Below, piece after piece: positions 1 through 9,153 of a stretch of DNA of 64,000 bases. The notes below the pieces were generated by a model. The model was not told the DNA's origin and made no database searches. It was given only the letters and a program-made list of their open reading frames with translations. Each line of letters starts with the position of its first letter. Within the stretch, counting starts at the first letter, position 1. Source of the DNA: a virus; IMG/VR virus record IMGVR_UViG_3300042542_005279, positions 17,617-81,616 of that record. One strand, 5' to 3'. The translations under genes and the position numbers were made by a program.

Positions 1-30
1 GGCACAACTTATGCCGAATGTTTATAAAAT

Positions 31-1473
31 ATGAGTAGTAGTCATTGTAGTAGTTCAATAACAAATTGGTCCTTAGTAAATGATGGTTCTGGTGATTATA
101 CAGGGACCTCAGCATCAACAACATTTATATGTTTCAATTCCGCTTCAGTATTTTACACTTATTCACCGAAATTTGGTTATTTTAATCCCAATACGGATTA
201 TATATTTGAAATATCTCCCGTGTTAAGTGGTGAAATAAGTGAAATTGCTAACACAACTGATAAGGTTTGGATTTATACAGGCGGTACTAACTTAGTTGAA
301 TTTAATTTAGAAATGTCTCCTATTTTATTTAACGGACTTGGTGCAGATTTTCCCGCTACAACTTTTAATAGACTTTTAACATCAAGTGGTGTTACGGCAT
401 TTGAAGGTTTAGGTGCGTTGGATAATACTAGATTGGTCGGTGGTTCGGGTTCAACAATTTACTTACATACTATCATAGGTTCAGGTTTTACAAGTGAATT
501 ATTATTTACATTACCTGAATCAAGAATAATAAATGACATATCATACAATTCACTTAAAAACACATTTGTTGTGGCTTGTATGAAAGCCGATAAAACTTTA
601 AATTACATATCTGAATTCACAACCGGTGGAACATTAGTTAATGATTTTTCTTTTAATAACACGACTTATACAGAAATATTAAGCACTGTTGAATATTCGG
701 GTAAAACCTATTTTATGGGTTGGGATAATTCTGTTTCGACTACATATGAAGTTGAAGTTGATATTTTTAACACGGGTTTTACAACAGGATATGACTTCGG
801 TAATCCTTCTATTTCTGGGTTTAGTCAATCACCAGGCTCTATTACATCATTTTTTAATTATTCTGCGGCTAGTTATTGTTTATCAACAAATTATATAACA
901 ACATCACAATATGACGGGAATTACACAAGTGGTGGAACATTTAATGGACAAACTGTTTATGCGGGAAATAATGGTGGTGTAATTTATTATAATTCAGCAT
1001 CAACACAGTGGTGTTTAGCATCTTACGTTGGAGGACCTTGTATTTTGTTTGGTGGTAATAGATGTTCAAGTACAACTCCTAACTTGGCAAATGAATTTTT
1101 TGCAACCGATATCTGCCCAACACCAACACCATCACCCACTAACGATTGTAGTGTATTGGATTTAGCTGCTTATTTTGATTGTGATATTGCACCTCCAACA
1201 CCTTCTGTGACACCTACTCAAACTGTTACACCATCCACAGGTTTTGTTTATCCAACACCTACTCCAACAATGACGATGAGTCCAACTCCATCAGGTAATG
1301 TTTGTGCGAATGTTAATTTCTGTTTTGGTGTTCAAAATGTCGCCCCTTCACCATCACCAACACCTACGATGACACCAAGTAGTGCTGCGGGAAGAAACAC
1401 TGACAGAAGTGGTGTTGTTATTTTTACAACAATAAATGGTGAGGTAATTTGCCCACCAGCACAAATAAGATAA
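31..1473 (+). CDS. Putative virion-decoration/adhesin-like protein (beta-rich N-terminal part, Cys-containing module, Pro/Thr-rich linkers)
   Basis: 480-aa ORF rich in Ser/Thr/Gly, with PTPTPSPT-type stalks and a 'YCL...NGQTVY...IYYNSASTQWCL' module resembling one in the 4405..6036 protein; function inferred. Confidence 0.45.
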   Translation: MSSSHCSSSITNWSLVNDGSGDYTGTSASTTFICFNSASVFYTYSPKFGYFNPNTDYIFEISPVLSGEISEIANTTDKVWIYTGGTNLVEFNLEMSPILFNGLGADFPATTFNRLLTSSGVTAFEGLGALDNTRLVGGSGSTIYLHTIIGSGFTSELLFTLPESRIINDISYNSLKNTFVVACMKADKTLNYISEFTTGGTLVNDFSFNNTTYTEILSTVEYSGKTYFMGWDNSVSTTYEVEVDIFNTGFTTGYDFGNPSISGFSQSPGSITSFFNYSAASYCLSTNYITTSQYDGNYTSGGTFNGQTVYAGNNGGVIYYNSASTQWCLASYVGGPCILFGGNRCSSTTPNLANEFFATDICPTPTPSPTNDCSVLDLAAYFDCDIAPPTPSVTPTQTVTPSTGFVYPTPTPTMTMSPTPSGNVCANVNFCFGVQNVAPSPSPTPTMTPSSAAGRNTDRSGVVIFTTINGEVICPPAQIR

Positions 1474-1476
1474 AGA

Positions 1477-2082
1477 TTATTTCCAAAGATTTTCTTGTCT
1501 CATATAACCTAAACAACAGGTATATGCATCTGACATATCAAAGTTCTCTTTTTTCAGAGTTTGATTTTTGGTATATTGCCACTTAATTTGTGGTTCCCTT
1601 TTTGCCACCAAATCCCAAATAATCATTTTTTTATCAATATCTTTTGGTAAACCACCAAACAATACAAATTTTTTCTTGTCGTTTTCTTTTACTAACTCAG
1701 GAAATGCAAATTTTCTTGAATTATAAGTTGATATGTATTCAGGAACAACTCCTAATACATCATAAATTTCTTTTGAAATAAGTGTGTTGAATCTTAATAA
1801 TGTTTGAATGGTATACACATTATTTGAATTAAGTAATGGTTCTTCAATGATTACTTTTGTAATACCCAAATTTTTGTATTCATTAAGTTTCTGTTTGAAA
1901 ACTTCCGCTTTCAAAAATAATTCTTTGATTTTGTTTTCCTCTTTTGGTTTTGGTACGGGTGAGATGTGAGTTAACTCTAATAACTCCTCTGTAATCATAT
2001 CAAATAATGCCCATCCGATTGTTTTTGTACTTACATCTAAACCCAATACTTTTGGGTTGTTCTTAATCTGTTGTTTCGCCAT
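1477..2082 (-). CDS. ruvC: RuvC-like Holliday junction resolvase (RNase H fold)
   Basis: Motifs VLGLDVSTKTIGWA (catalytic Asp), IIEEP (Glu) and C-terminal DMSDAY (Asp pair). Confidence 0.85.
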   Translation of the reverse strand: MAKQQIKNNPKVLGLDVSTKTIGWALFDMITEELLELTHISPVPKPKEENKIKELFLKAEVFKQKLNEYKNLGITKVIIEEPLLNSNNVYTIQTLLRFNTLISKEIYDVLGVVPEYISTYNSRKFAFPELVKENDKKKFVLFGGLPKDIDKKMIIWDLVAKREPQIKWQYTKNQTLKKENFDMSDAYTCCLGYMRQENLWK

Positions 2083-2127
2083 ATACCTTATATGGTATTA
2101 AAAACAACAAATTAGTAAATAATTAAC

Positions 2128-4383
2128 TTAAAAATCAAATTTGATAAGGAATTGTTGGATACTTTGTCTAAGTACAGGTGATTGTAATTTTGATATTGCC
2201 ATCAAGTTTCTATTTTCATCAAGTAATCCCACTTCAGTTATATAAGATGCGGTTCCTGCTGACCAAGTTGGGTTTGATGTGTAAGTAAATTCATTAGCAG
2301 ATAGATTACATAACCATCTCATTTCATAAATCGTTGCCTGTATTTCAGTTTCTATATTACCGTAAAAGAAGTATTCATCTCCAAAGTTTAATGTTTGACC
2401 TGTTTGACCTACCGTAGTTAAATCAATGTAATTTCCTAAGTCATATGAAGACCCAGCATTGTAAAGTGCGTTTGTTATAACAAATGTAGTTGCCGATAAA
2501 TTCGACTGACTAATTGCTGAGGATGGTAGTTGAGATGTTACATCAATAATCTTCCATCCGTTGGGGTCAGGTTTTGTATCTCCACTTACTTTCTGACATA
2601 TAATTTCAAATTTAGTGTAGTCATTTAATCCCGCAACACAACCGAACTCATTTCCGAATGTTACAGAAAAGTTTTGTGATACCGCATTACAACTTGGGTT
2701 TGGCCCTTGTAGTTTTTGATAATAATTACAATGGAGTGAATTAGTAAATGCAAGATTTTTTGTAAATCTATATGTGATGTACATATATTGGTTACTATCG
2801 GTCAAAACTCCTGTCTCAGAACCATCAGGTGTTATAGTTGCAACTCTTGGTGCGGGTAAAGTCCAGTTTCGGTTTGATTTGTAAGACATTGCTGCAATTA
2901 TTTCATCATCATCAATAATGATTGTATGTAAATCAGGAAAAACTTTACCTATTCTACTTGGATATCCATTAGATGTTGCATATGTGTCCCACAAGTGATA
3001 ATATCTATGACCAGGTATATTCATGTCATTATTTAAGTTTGAAGTCAAATAATGTTCTTCAAATAGACCTAACTCGTCAAATCCTTCAGGGTCAACATAA
3101 AAAGTTTGGCCTGAGCAACATGTACCACTTGATTTATGCCATTGTAAAGTTGGCATGTGTAATCTGAAATTTCTAGCCATACCAACTGTGTTGGTTACAT
3201 TATCGGGGTCATATGGTTGTAATGCGAATTTCTCACCATAAACAAAATCAATCGTATTATTTGTATAATGAATTATTGCAATCGCTTTTTGGTCTTTACC
3301 TGACACTGTAATTTGGTCTCCTAATGAGTTGTAATAATAAACAGAACTACTATCAGTTTGACCTGTACTATTACTGTATCCAAAATATTCTTTACTTCCT
3401 AAATAATTTATAGAACCAAAATTAGAATAATCTTGATAAACTGAACCATTAATACCTGCAGGACTCTCACTCCAAGGTATGTTCATATTCCAAATATTTA
3501 CATTAAATAAATCCACATCACATACTGATTGGAAATTTAAAACATCTTGGTTCCAATGTGGTTCAGGAGTTTCACTATCATAAAAGTTGGTCATTCCTGA
3601 TGGATAAACCATAACTCTAATATCACCTGTCGTACCAATGTGAACGTAATCAACAACATCTCTATCTAATGTTACCACATTCCCTACCACATTTACAACT
3701 CTATAAGTCAATACAGGATTACAACTTTGAAATGATAACAAACAATTTCTATCCGTTGGTGGTAATGGAGGGCATGGGTCAAATGGTGAATATGGCGATG
3801 TACAAGTTCCTGATGCTGGTGTATATGTACAATTACAAGAAGTATCTGTTTGGTAATATATTGTAACAAAATCTCCAGCAGAAAAAGTTAAAGTGGTTGC
3901 AGTATTACATGTATTTTCAGTTACAGTTATGGTATTCTGATTGAAATTAAGTGTACTTATATCAACCGTATAATTTGGCGTTTTAACATATTCAGACCCA
4001 GTTCTAACATACCAATTTGTTGGTAATGTTGAGGTATCGGCACTAAAAAATCCCCTCATTGGCGCTACGTTATATACATCAGAAACAACTGAGTCCATAA
4101 ATGGTATCCCATATGTTGAACCTTGGTTACCATCTACATAATATGGATATTTGATATTTTGTACGTTTGCTGAAGGTACGGGAGCACTATTTGCAGAATT
4201 AAAGGATGGTTCTAAAATTACAGTATTTGTTTGGTCAAAATTAGTTATTACATTGTAAGAAACCTCACTATCACCAATTTGGAAATATTTTATATTGAAA
4301 TTACCTTGAGACATTTTTTCTCGTCCCGTATCTGTAATTCTTGTGTTAATTAATCCTGAGGTATTTTTTAATATATAAGCCAT
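2128..4383 (-). CDS. Baseplate/tail-fibre attachment protein (tail-collar-fibre DUF3751-like ends)
   Basis: N-terminal ITDTGREKMSQGNFNIKYFQIGD and C-terminal YITEVGLLDENRNLMAISKL resemble tail-collar-fibre motifs; lies in the baseplate operon. Confidence 0.6.
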   Translation of the reverse strand: MAYILKNTSGLINTRITDTGREKMSQGNFNIKYFQIGDSEVSYNVITNFDQTNTVILEPSFNSANSAPVPSANVQNIKYPYYVDGNQGSTYGIPFMDSVVSDVYNVAPMRGFFSADTSTLPTNWYVRTGSEYVKTPNYTVDISTLNFNQNTITVTENTCNTATTLTFSAGDFVTIYYQTDTSCNCTYTPASGTCTSPYSPFDPCPPLPPTDRNCLLSFQSCNPVLTYRVVNVVGNVVTLDRDVVDYVHIGTTGDIRVMVYPSGMTNFYDSETPEPHWNQDVLNFQSVCDVDLFNVNIWNMNIPWSESPAGINGSVYQDYSNFGSINYLGSKEYFGYSNSTGQTDSSSVYYYNSLGDQITVSGKDQKAIAIIHYTNNTIDFVYGEKFALQPYDPDNVTNTVGMARNFRLHMPTLQWHKSSGTCCSGQTFYVDPEGFDELGLFEEHYLTSNLNNDMNIPGHRYYHLWDTYATSNGYPSRIGKVFPDLHTIIIDDDEIIAAMSYKSNRNWTLPAPRVATITPDGSETGVLTDSNQYMYITYRFTKNLAFTNSLHCNYYQKLQGPNPSCNAVSQNFSVTFGNEFGCVAGLNDYTKFEIICQKVSGDTKPDPNGWKIIDVTSQLPSSAISQSNLSATTFVITNALYNAGSSYDLGNYIDLTTVGQTGQTLNFGDEYFFYGNIETEIQATIYEMRWLCNLSANEFTYTSNPTWSAGTASYITEVGLLDENRNLMAISKLQSPVLRQSIQQFLIKFDF

Positions 4384-4404
4384 CCTATATAAATATTATA
4401 ATTT

Positions 4405-6036
4405 TTATTTTGCCGCGTTTGTTGTCATAACCACAGAGTCCACACTTTGAGAGCTTACGTTACAACAAGTACATCCGTTTATTGCTTTATTTATTAACGA
4501 TACAGTATCTGTTGATTTCAAAATACAAACGTTTCCAGATATAATTTTAGCAACCTGTCTTTGTACTGTTCCTGAAATAACATCAGAACCTGAAATTGTT
4601 AGTCCTTGATATATTCTTGTTGTTCCTGTATTAAACTGTGTTGGTTGACTCGGACATGTTGAGTTTACTGCGGTTGTACTATTAGAAGTTTGTACAGTTG
4701 GTGTAATTGACTGTGTGACGTTATTTTTCTTAACACTTATAACACCGTTAACGCTTCCACCGTTTTGTACAGTAGAACTATAAATTGTATTAACTTGTAT
4801 GTCGAATGATATTTGAGTACCGCTTGGAAGTGTAGTTACTTGGTTACCATTATTATCGTAAACTTTAACAGTATAATTTAATAAAGAGTTCCCTGAACCT
4901 TGTGGTACAATACTTGAATTTATCTCCAAAACATAAGTGTTCAAGGTTGTAGGTTGTGGAATTATTGCCGTTTGTGTTAATGTCACACTATTAGAATCTT
5001 GAACCCAAATTTGATATGTACCAGGTGGTTTGTTTGAGAATAATGGATTTGTTTGAGTTTGTGCCCCACCATTTAATGAATATAATATAGGAGGTGTTCC
5101 ATTTACAGTATTAACATATATAGAACCTGTGTTTGGTTGATTTTCACAAACAGGTGTCTGAATAGTAGGACTATTCAAAGTCATCAAAGGGTTTCCGCAA
5201 GCACCATTTGTCATAAAAGCAGTGTTTGAAGAACCGTATAGTTGAAAAGCACCTGTAGGAATTAATATGTTTGAACTATTAGTCAGAACTGATGATGTTG
5301 TACTTCCTGCAACAGGCATAACCACTCTCCATTGGTTTGGGTTTGTATTCCAAGAAAGAACATATGGACCATAAATCCAAGTTGACCTACCATTTATTAT
5401 TGTTGCTGATGGTGAGAACTGATATTGATAATAATTACGACCTGAATTTACTTGTAAACATAAAGTCGTGTTATTACTTGGAAAAGGAGTAGGTGTTGGG
5501 GTAGGAGTAGGTGATGGGGTTGGAGTTGGTAAAGCTAATGAACAAGTTGTTACCGCAGTATAATCAGGACCGCCACCGGGCCAACTATAATCAGTTACGG
5601 TTATTTCATAGGTTTGACCTGGAACCGCATTTGATAATGTAGGGCCAATTAAACCATTTGACCACTTAATTGTGTAAGGGGGAGTTCCACCCGTTACAAT
5701 CATCGTAATTGTATTAGCACTTAAATTAGGTGAACATTCAACTCCCATAGGGGCTATCGTAATAACATCACACTCGCTTGTTGCGGTAATTCTAGTACAT
5801 GGATATGTTGCCGTACAATTTGTACATGACGACTGACTTGTTAATGTTGAACCTGCTTGTGGATATGTTGGTGATGCAGGTAAAAGTTGACCTATTGGAA
5901 TTACGGTAGAACATCCCGAAAAATATCCGGGTATCTGAACATAATAAACATCACCCAAAGTTAAGGACGAAACCAAACCAGTTAATGTATATGTTACGTT
6001 ATTATCGCAACAGGATTTTAGATATGAATTAGCCAT
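4405..6036 (-). CDS. Cys-rich, SprB-repeat-containing fibre/adhesin-like virion protein
   Basis: VTGGTPPYTIKWSNG and GSIYVNTVNGTPPILYSLNGG...PGTYQIWVQDSN SprB-like units, a PTPTPSPTPTPTPTP linker and an N-terminal Cys module. Confidence 0.6.
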   Translation of the reverse strand: MANSYLKSCCDNNVTYTLTGLVSSLTLGDVYYVQIPGYFSGCSTVIPIGQLLPASPTYPQAGSTLTSQSSCTNCTATYPCTRITATSECDVITIAPMGVECSPNLSANTITMIVTGGTPPYTIKWSNGLIGPTLSNAVPGQTYEITVTDYSWPGGGPDYTAVTTCSLALPTPTPSPTPTPTPTPFPSNNTTLCLQVNSGRNYYQYQFSPSATIINGRSTWIYGPYVLSWNTNPNQWRVVMPVAGSTTSSVLTNSSNILIPTGAFQLYGSSNTAFMTNGACGNPLMTLNSPTIQTPVCENQPNTGSIYVNTVNGTPPILYSLNGGAQTQTNPLFSNKPPGTYQIWVQDSNSVTLTQTAIIPQPTTLNTYVLEINSSIVPQGSGNSLLNYTVKVYDNNGNQVTTLPSGTQISFDIQVNTIYSSTVQNGGSVNGVISVKKNNVTQSITPTVQTSNSTTAVNSTCPSQPTQFNTGTTRIYQGLTISGSDVISGTVQRQVAKIISGNVCILKSTDTVSLINKAINGCTCCNVSSQSVDSVVMTTNAAK

Positions 6037-6108
6037 TAATTAAACTTTTACCAAAAAAATAAATTTAAGTTGTCAGTTATAAATACTAACAATGACAATT
6101 TATAGAAA

Positions 6109-6849
6109 CTAACATGGATTTATTTCGGTACATTCATCACAACTTTCCATAACAGGAAAAGGAAAGACACTAGATATGTTAGTGTTAACTGAACTATTCC
6201 AATCAGATTGTACATATGTTTGGTCAGGGGTTTCGTAATTACTAATTACAATAGTACATCCTGTATAACCTGTACCAGTTCCCGAACCCGAAGTTGGTAT
6301 GTTCACATACCAAGAAATGTTTGGGTCAAAAGTTGATTGAAATGTTGAATCGAATGTAAAAGTGTAATCTGAGCAACAAGCACTAAAATAACTTGGTGCA
6401 TCCACATCATAACACTCTTGACATGTATTATAAGGTACGCTACTTACTGTTAGTGTTTCACCAACTTCATTTGTAAATTGATATCCTGAAAAATACCAAC
6501 ACTCAGAGTATTCACTTAATGTGACTGTTTTACCAAATTCTAAAAATGGGTCAACATTAGTATATTTACATTCAGATAAGTTACTACATTTACAAAATGT
6601 GTATAATACATTACCGAAGTATGAACAAACTACGGGTATTTCTTTTACACAAGGAACATTTGTTTCTATTATCTTTAAAGAAACCGCAGGAGCTCCACTA
6701 AAAAAATCAGGTAAAGGAAAAACTTCAATAGGTGGTACCGTTGATGTTATTGTTTGAATAAATTGACAATTATTACCTAAGAAATCACAAACATATATTT
6801 GATATGGGGGTGTTAAACCTGAAATTGATGAAATAATTATATTTTTCAT
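6109..6849 (-). CDS. Cys-rich hypothetical virion protein
   Basis: 246-aa ORF with Cys modules ending in CxxC; co-oriented in the fibre cluster. Confidence 0.5.
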   Translation of the reverse strand: MKNIIISSISGLTPPYQIYVCDFLGNNCQFIQTITSTVPPIEVFPLPDFFSGAPAVSLKIIETNVPCVKEIPVVCSYFGNVLYTFCKCSNLSECKYTNVDPFLEFGKTVTLSEYSECWYFSGYQFTNEVGETLTVSSVPYNTCQECYDVDAPSYFSACCSDYTFTFDSTFQSTFDPNISWYVNIPTSGSGTGTGYTGCTIVISNYETPDQTYVQSDWNSSVNTNISSVFPFPVMESCDECTEINPC

Positions 6850-6852
6850 AAT

Positions 6853-9150
6853 CTAACAACTTTCACAATCTATGTCATAAACAATTTTTAATTGTACAGT
6901 GATATTTTGATTTGCTAAACCATTATTTGACTCTTCACATGAGGTATCAACTGTGATTGTATTTTCAGTAGTATTAACTGTTACAGTTCCGATACCTGTG
7001 GCACCACTTAATAGATTTTTAACCGTATTTGACCACTGTGTTTCGGTAGGAACGTCATTAAGTGTTGTTGCGGTATAAAATGATTGACTATAACCCGTTC
7101 CTGCAACAGTTGTAACCGCTGAGAAAATTGCGCTATTCATCAAACAATTTGTACACCCACTTGTTAAATCAAGATAACCCTCAACTAACATTTTTGACAT
7201 ATCTCGTTCAATTATTTCACCTGTTGATGCAATAACACTATCACACACGTTAAATAATGAAAAATTACTTGCTAAAAATGTACCCTGTAAAGTTATACTA
7301 TTAGATAACACGCATCCCGCAAAATCTGTCACGGTTAAAGTGTAAGTACCTGCAGATAAATTAGTTACAGTATTTCCCGTTTGACCATTGACATTTGATG
7401 ACCAAGTTAGTGTGAATGGAGGTAACCCTTGATATATGTTAGCAACAATTTCACCATTCGAACCATTTGTTGAGTCCTGTGGTATAAGTGTAAAATTCAC
7501 ATTTTCACTACTATTGATAACAAACGAACTTGTTTCCTCACACAAATTTTTATCTTCAATGGTTGCAAAATAAGTACCTGGTGCTAAGTTACTAAAAGTA
7601 TATGAACTAAAAAGTATTTGTGGTGACGCTTGATTATTATTTCCATCGATATCTACAATTGAGAATATGAATGGTCCTGTCCCTCCTGACGCCTTTGTGA
7701 TTGTTACAACTCCATTATTATTTCCACATGTTGTACCTGTGGTATCAATTGTAAGACTATATAATGACGTTGTTTCTAAACTATATATATTAGTGTAAGT
7801 ACAAACACCATCAGTAATTGTAAGTGAATAATTTTGTGAGGATAAATTAGTAAATGTTTGACTTAATCCTCCAACTCTGTTTAAACTTGTTCCGTTTGCA
7901 CCGCTTAAAGTATAAGTATAACTTATACCATTTGTATTACCAATTAAAGTTATATCTAAGATTCCATTCGAATTACCACATGTTGGTTGTGTTATATTAA
8001 TAGCACCAATCGCAAAACTATTAGATTGATTTATTTGTACTGAAGTTTGAGTGTTACATAATGCAGCATCTGTAATTATAATCTGATAATTACCCCCTGG
8101 AAGATTAGTGAAAGTATAGGTTTGGGAGTAACTTATATCGGTGAATGAAATTGAGGGTATATTAAATCTATATGGTGGCGTTCCATTGATTAAAGTTACC
8201 GTTATAGAACCATTACTTTCAAAACAAGTAGGTGGATTAGTTTCGGTTGATGCTATTGATACTGGTAGTTTTTCAGTAATTTCAGATGTGACAGTTAAAA
8301 AACATCCAGCAGCGTCTGTTACGGTTACATCATAAAAACCGGCAGTCAAACCTGTGATAGATGAACCGCTTAAGGATTGATTTGAGTCCGAGAGGTATTG
8401 TATAGTGTTGCCAACCCCATTCCAACGATAATTATATGGTGATGTACCTGTCAACCCTGTAATAAAAATTTTACCAACTCCAGTACTTACATTACCGCAA
8501 TCCGCATCATTTACGATATAAGTACCAAAGTTTAGTTGGGTTGAAGAATTGATAATAACATTTTCGCTTCTTCCAGTACACCCACCACCATCATTAGCAA
8601 TGATATAATAAACACCGCTCGGTAAATTTTGGAATGTGTAAGAGTTTGAACCAATATTAACAAAATCTATTAAATCAGGATTTGCATTCTCAATGTTTGG
8701 TTGTTCTAATGGTGGTAAAGTCGTGTTGTTTTGTAAATATAAATAAAAATCAACGTTACCATTACTATTTTGTATGGTAGCGGTCAAAGACCCGTCATTA
8801 TTTCCGCAGGTAGTATTGATTACATCTGAAATATTTACACATGAAGTTCCTGACGATACTGTAATACTTACTGTCTGTCGATTGTTTTGAGTTGTGGCGG
8901 TCGGTGAACCACAACTATCATTAACAACAAAAACATATGTTCCCGCCGGTACGTTGAAATAATCTCTCGAACCATTTAAAACTCCTGTTTCAGGGTTTTC
9001 TCCTCCATAAGGAGGCCAAGGATTTGGTGAAATCCAAGTAATACTCATTGGTTCTGATGTGGATGACAAATATAATGTAAATCCACCTGAACCATTATTT
9101 TCGCAATCACCTATAACTGAAAACTGACTAAAATCGTATGAACAAGGCAT
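6853..9150 (-). CDS. SprB-repeat adhesin-like protein (probable receptor-binding/tail-fibre component)
   Basis: Tandem ~80-100-aa units of the form TCGxxNGxI...GGTxP(Y/F)x(Y/F)...NL(S/P/A)xG(T/N)YxxxxTDxxxC, typical of SprB repeats. Confidence 0.75.
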   Translation of the reverse strand: MPCSYDFSQFSVIGDCENNGSGGFTLYLSSTSEPMSITWISPNPWPPYGGENPETGVLNGSRDYFNVPAGTYVFVVNDSCGSPTATTQNNRQTVSITVSSGTSCVNISDVINTTCGNNDGSLTATIQNSNGNVDFYLYLQNNTTLPPLEQPNIENANPDLIDFVNIGSNSYTFQNLPSGVYYIIANDGGGCTGRSENVIINSSTQLNFGTYIVNDADCGNVSTGVGKIFITGLTGTSPYNYRWNGVGNTIQYLSDSNQSLSGSSITGLTAGFYDVTVTDAAGCFLTVTSEITEKLPVSIASTETNPPTCFESNGSITVTLINGTPPYRFNIPSISFTDISYSQTYTFTNLPGGNYQIIITDAALCNTQTSVQINQSNSFAIGAINITQPTCGNSNGILDITLIGNTNGISYTYTLSGANGTSLNRVGGLSQTFTNLSSQNYSLTITDGVCTYTNIYSLETTSLYSLTIDTTGTTCGNNNGVVTITKASGGTGPFIFSIVDIDGNNNQASPQILFSSYTFSNLAPGTYFATIEDKNLCEETSSFVINSSENVNFTLIPQDSTNGSNGEIVANIYQGLPPFTLTWSSNVNGQTGNTVTNLSAGTYTLTVTDFAGCVLSNSITLQGTFLASNFSLFNVCDSVIASTGEIIERDMSKMLVEGYLDLTSGCTNCLMNSAIFSAVTTVAGTGYSQSFYTATTLNDVPTETQWSNTVKNLLSGATGIGTVTVNTTENTITVDTSCEESNNGLANQNITVQLKIVYDIDCESC

Positions 9151-9153
9151 TTA

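Noticed and set aside
1477-2082. RuvC-like 'LGLD' motif as a Cas9/TnpB/IscB fragment
   Set aside because: It is a stand-alone 201-aa protein with all resolvase acidic motifs, and has no bridge helix, zinc finger, array or ncRNA space nearby
1110-5530. (CCAACA/ACACCA)-like DNA repeats as possible CRISPR, VNTR or DGR elements
   Set aside because: They simply encode Pro-Thr linkers with variable third positions; there is no repeat-spacer structure and no reverse transcriptase
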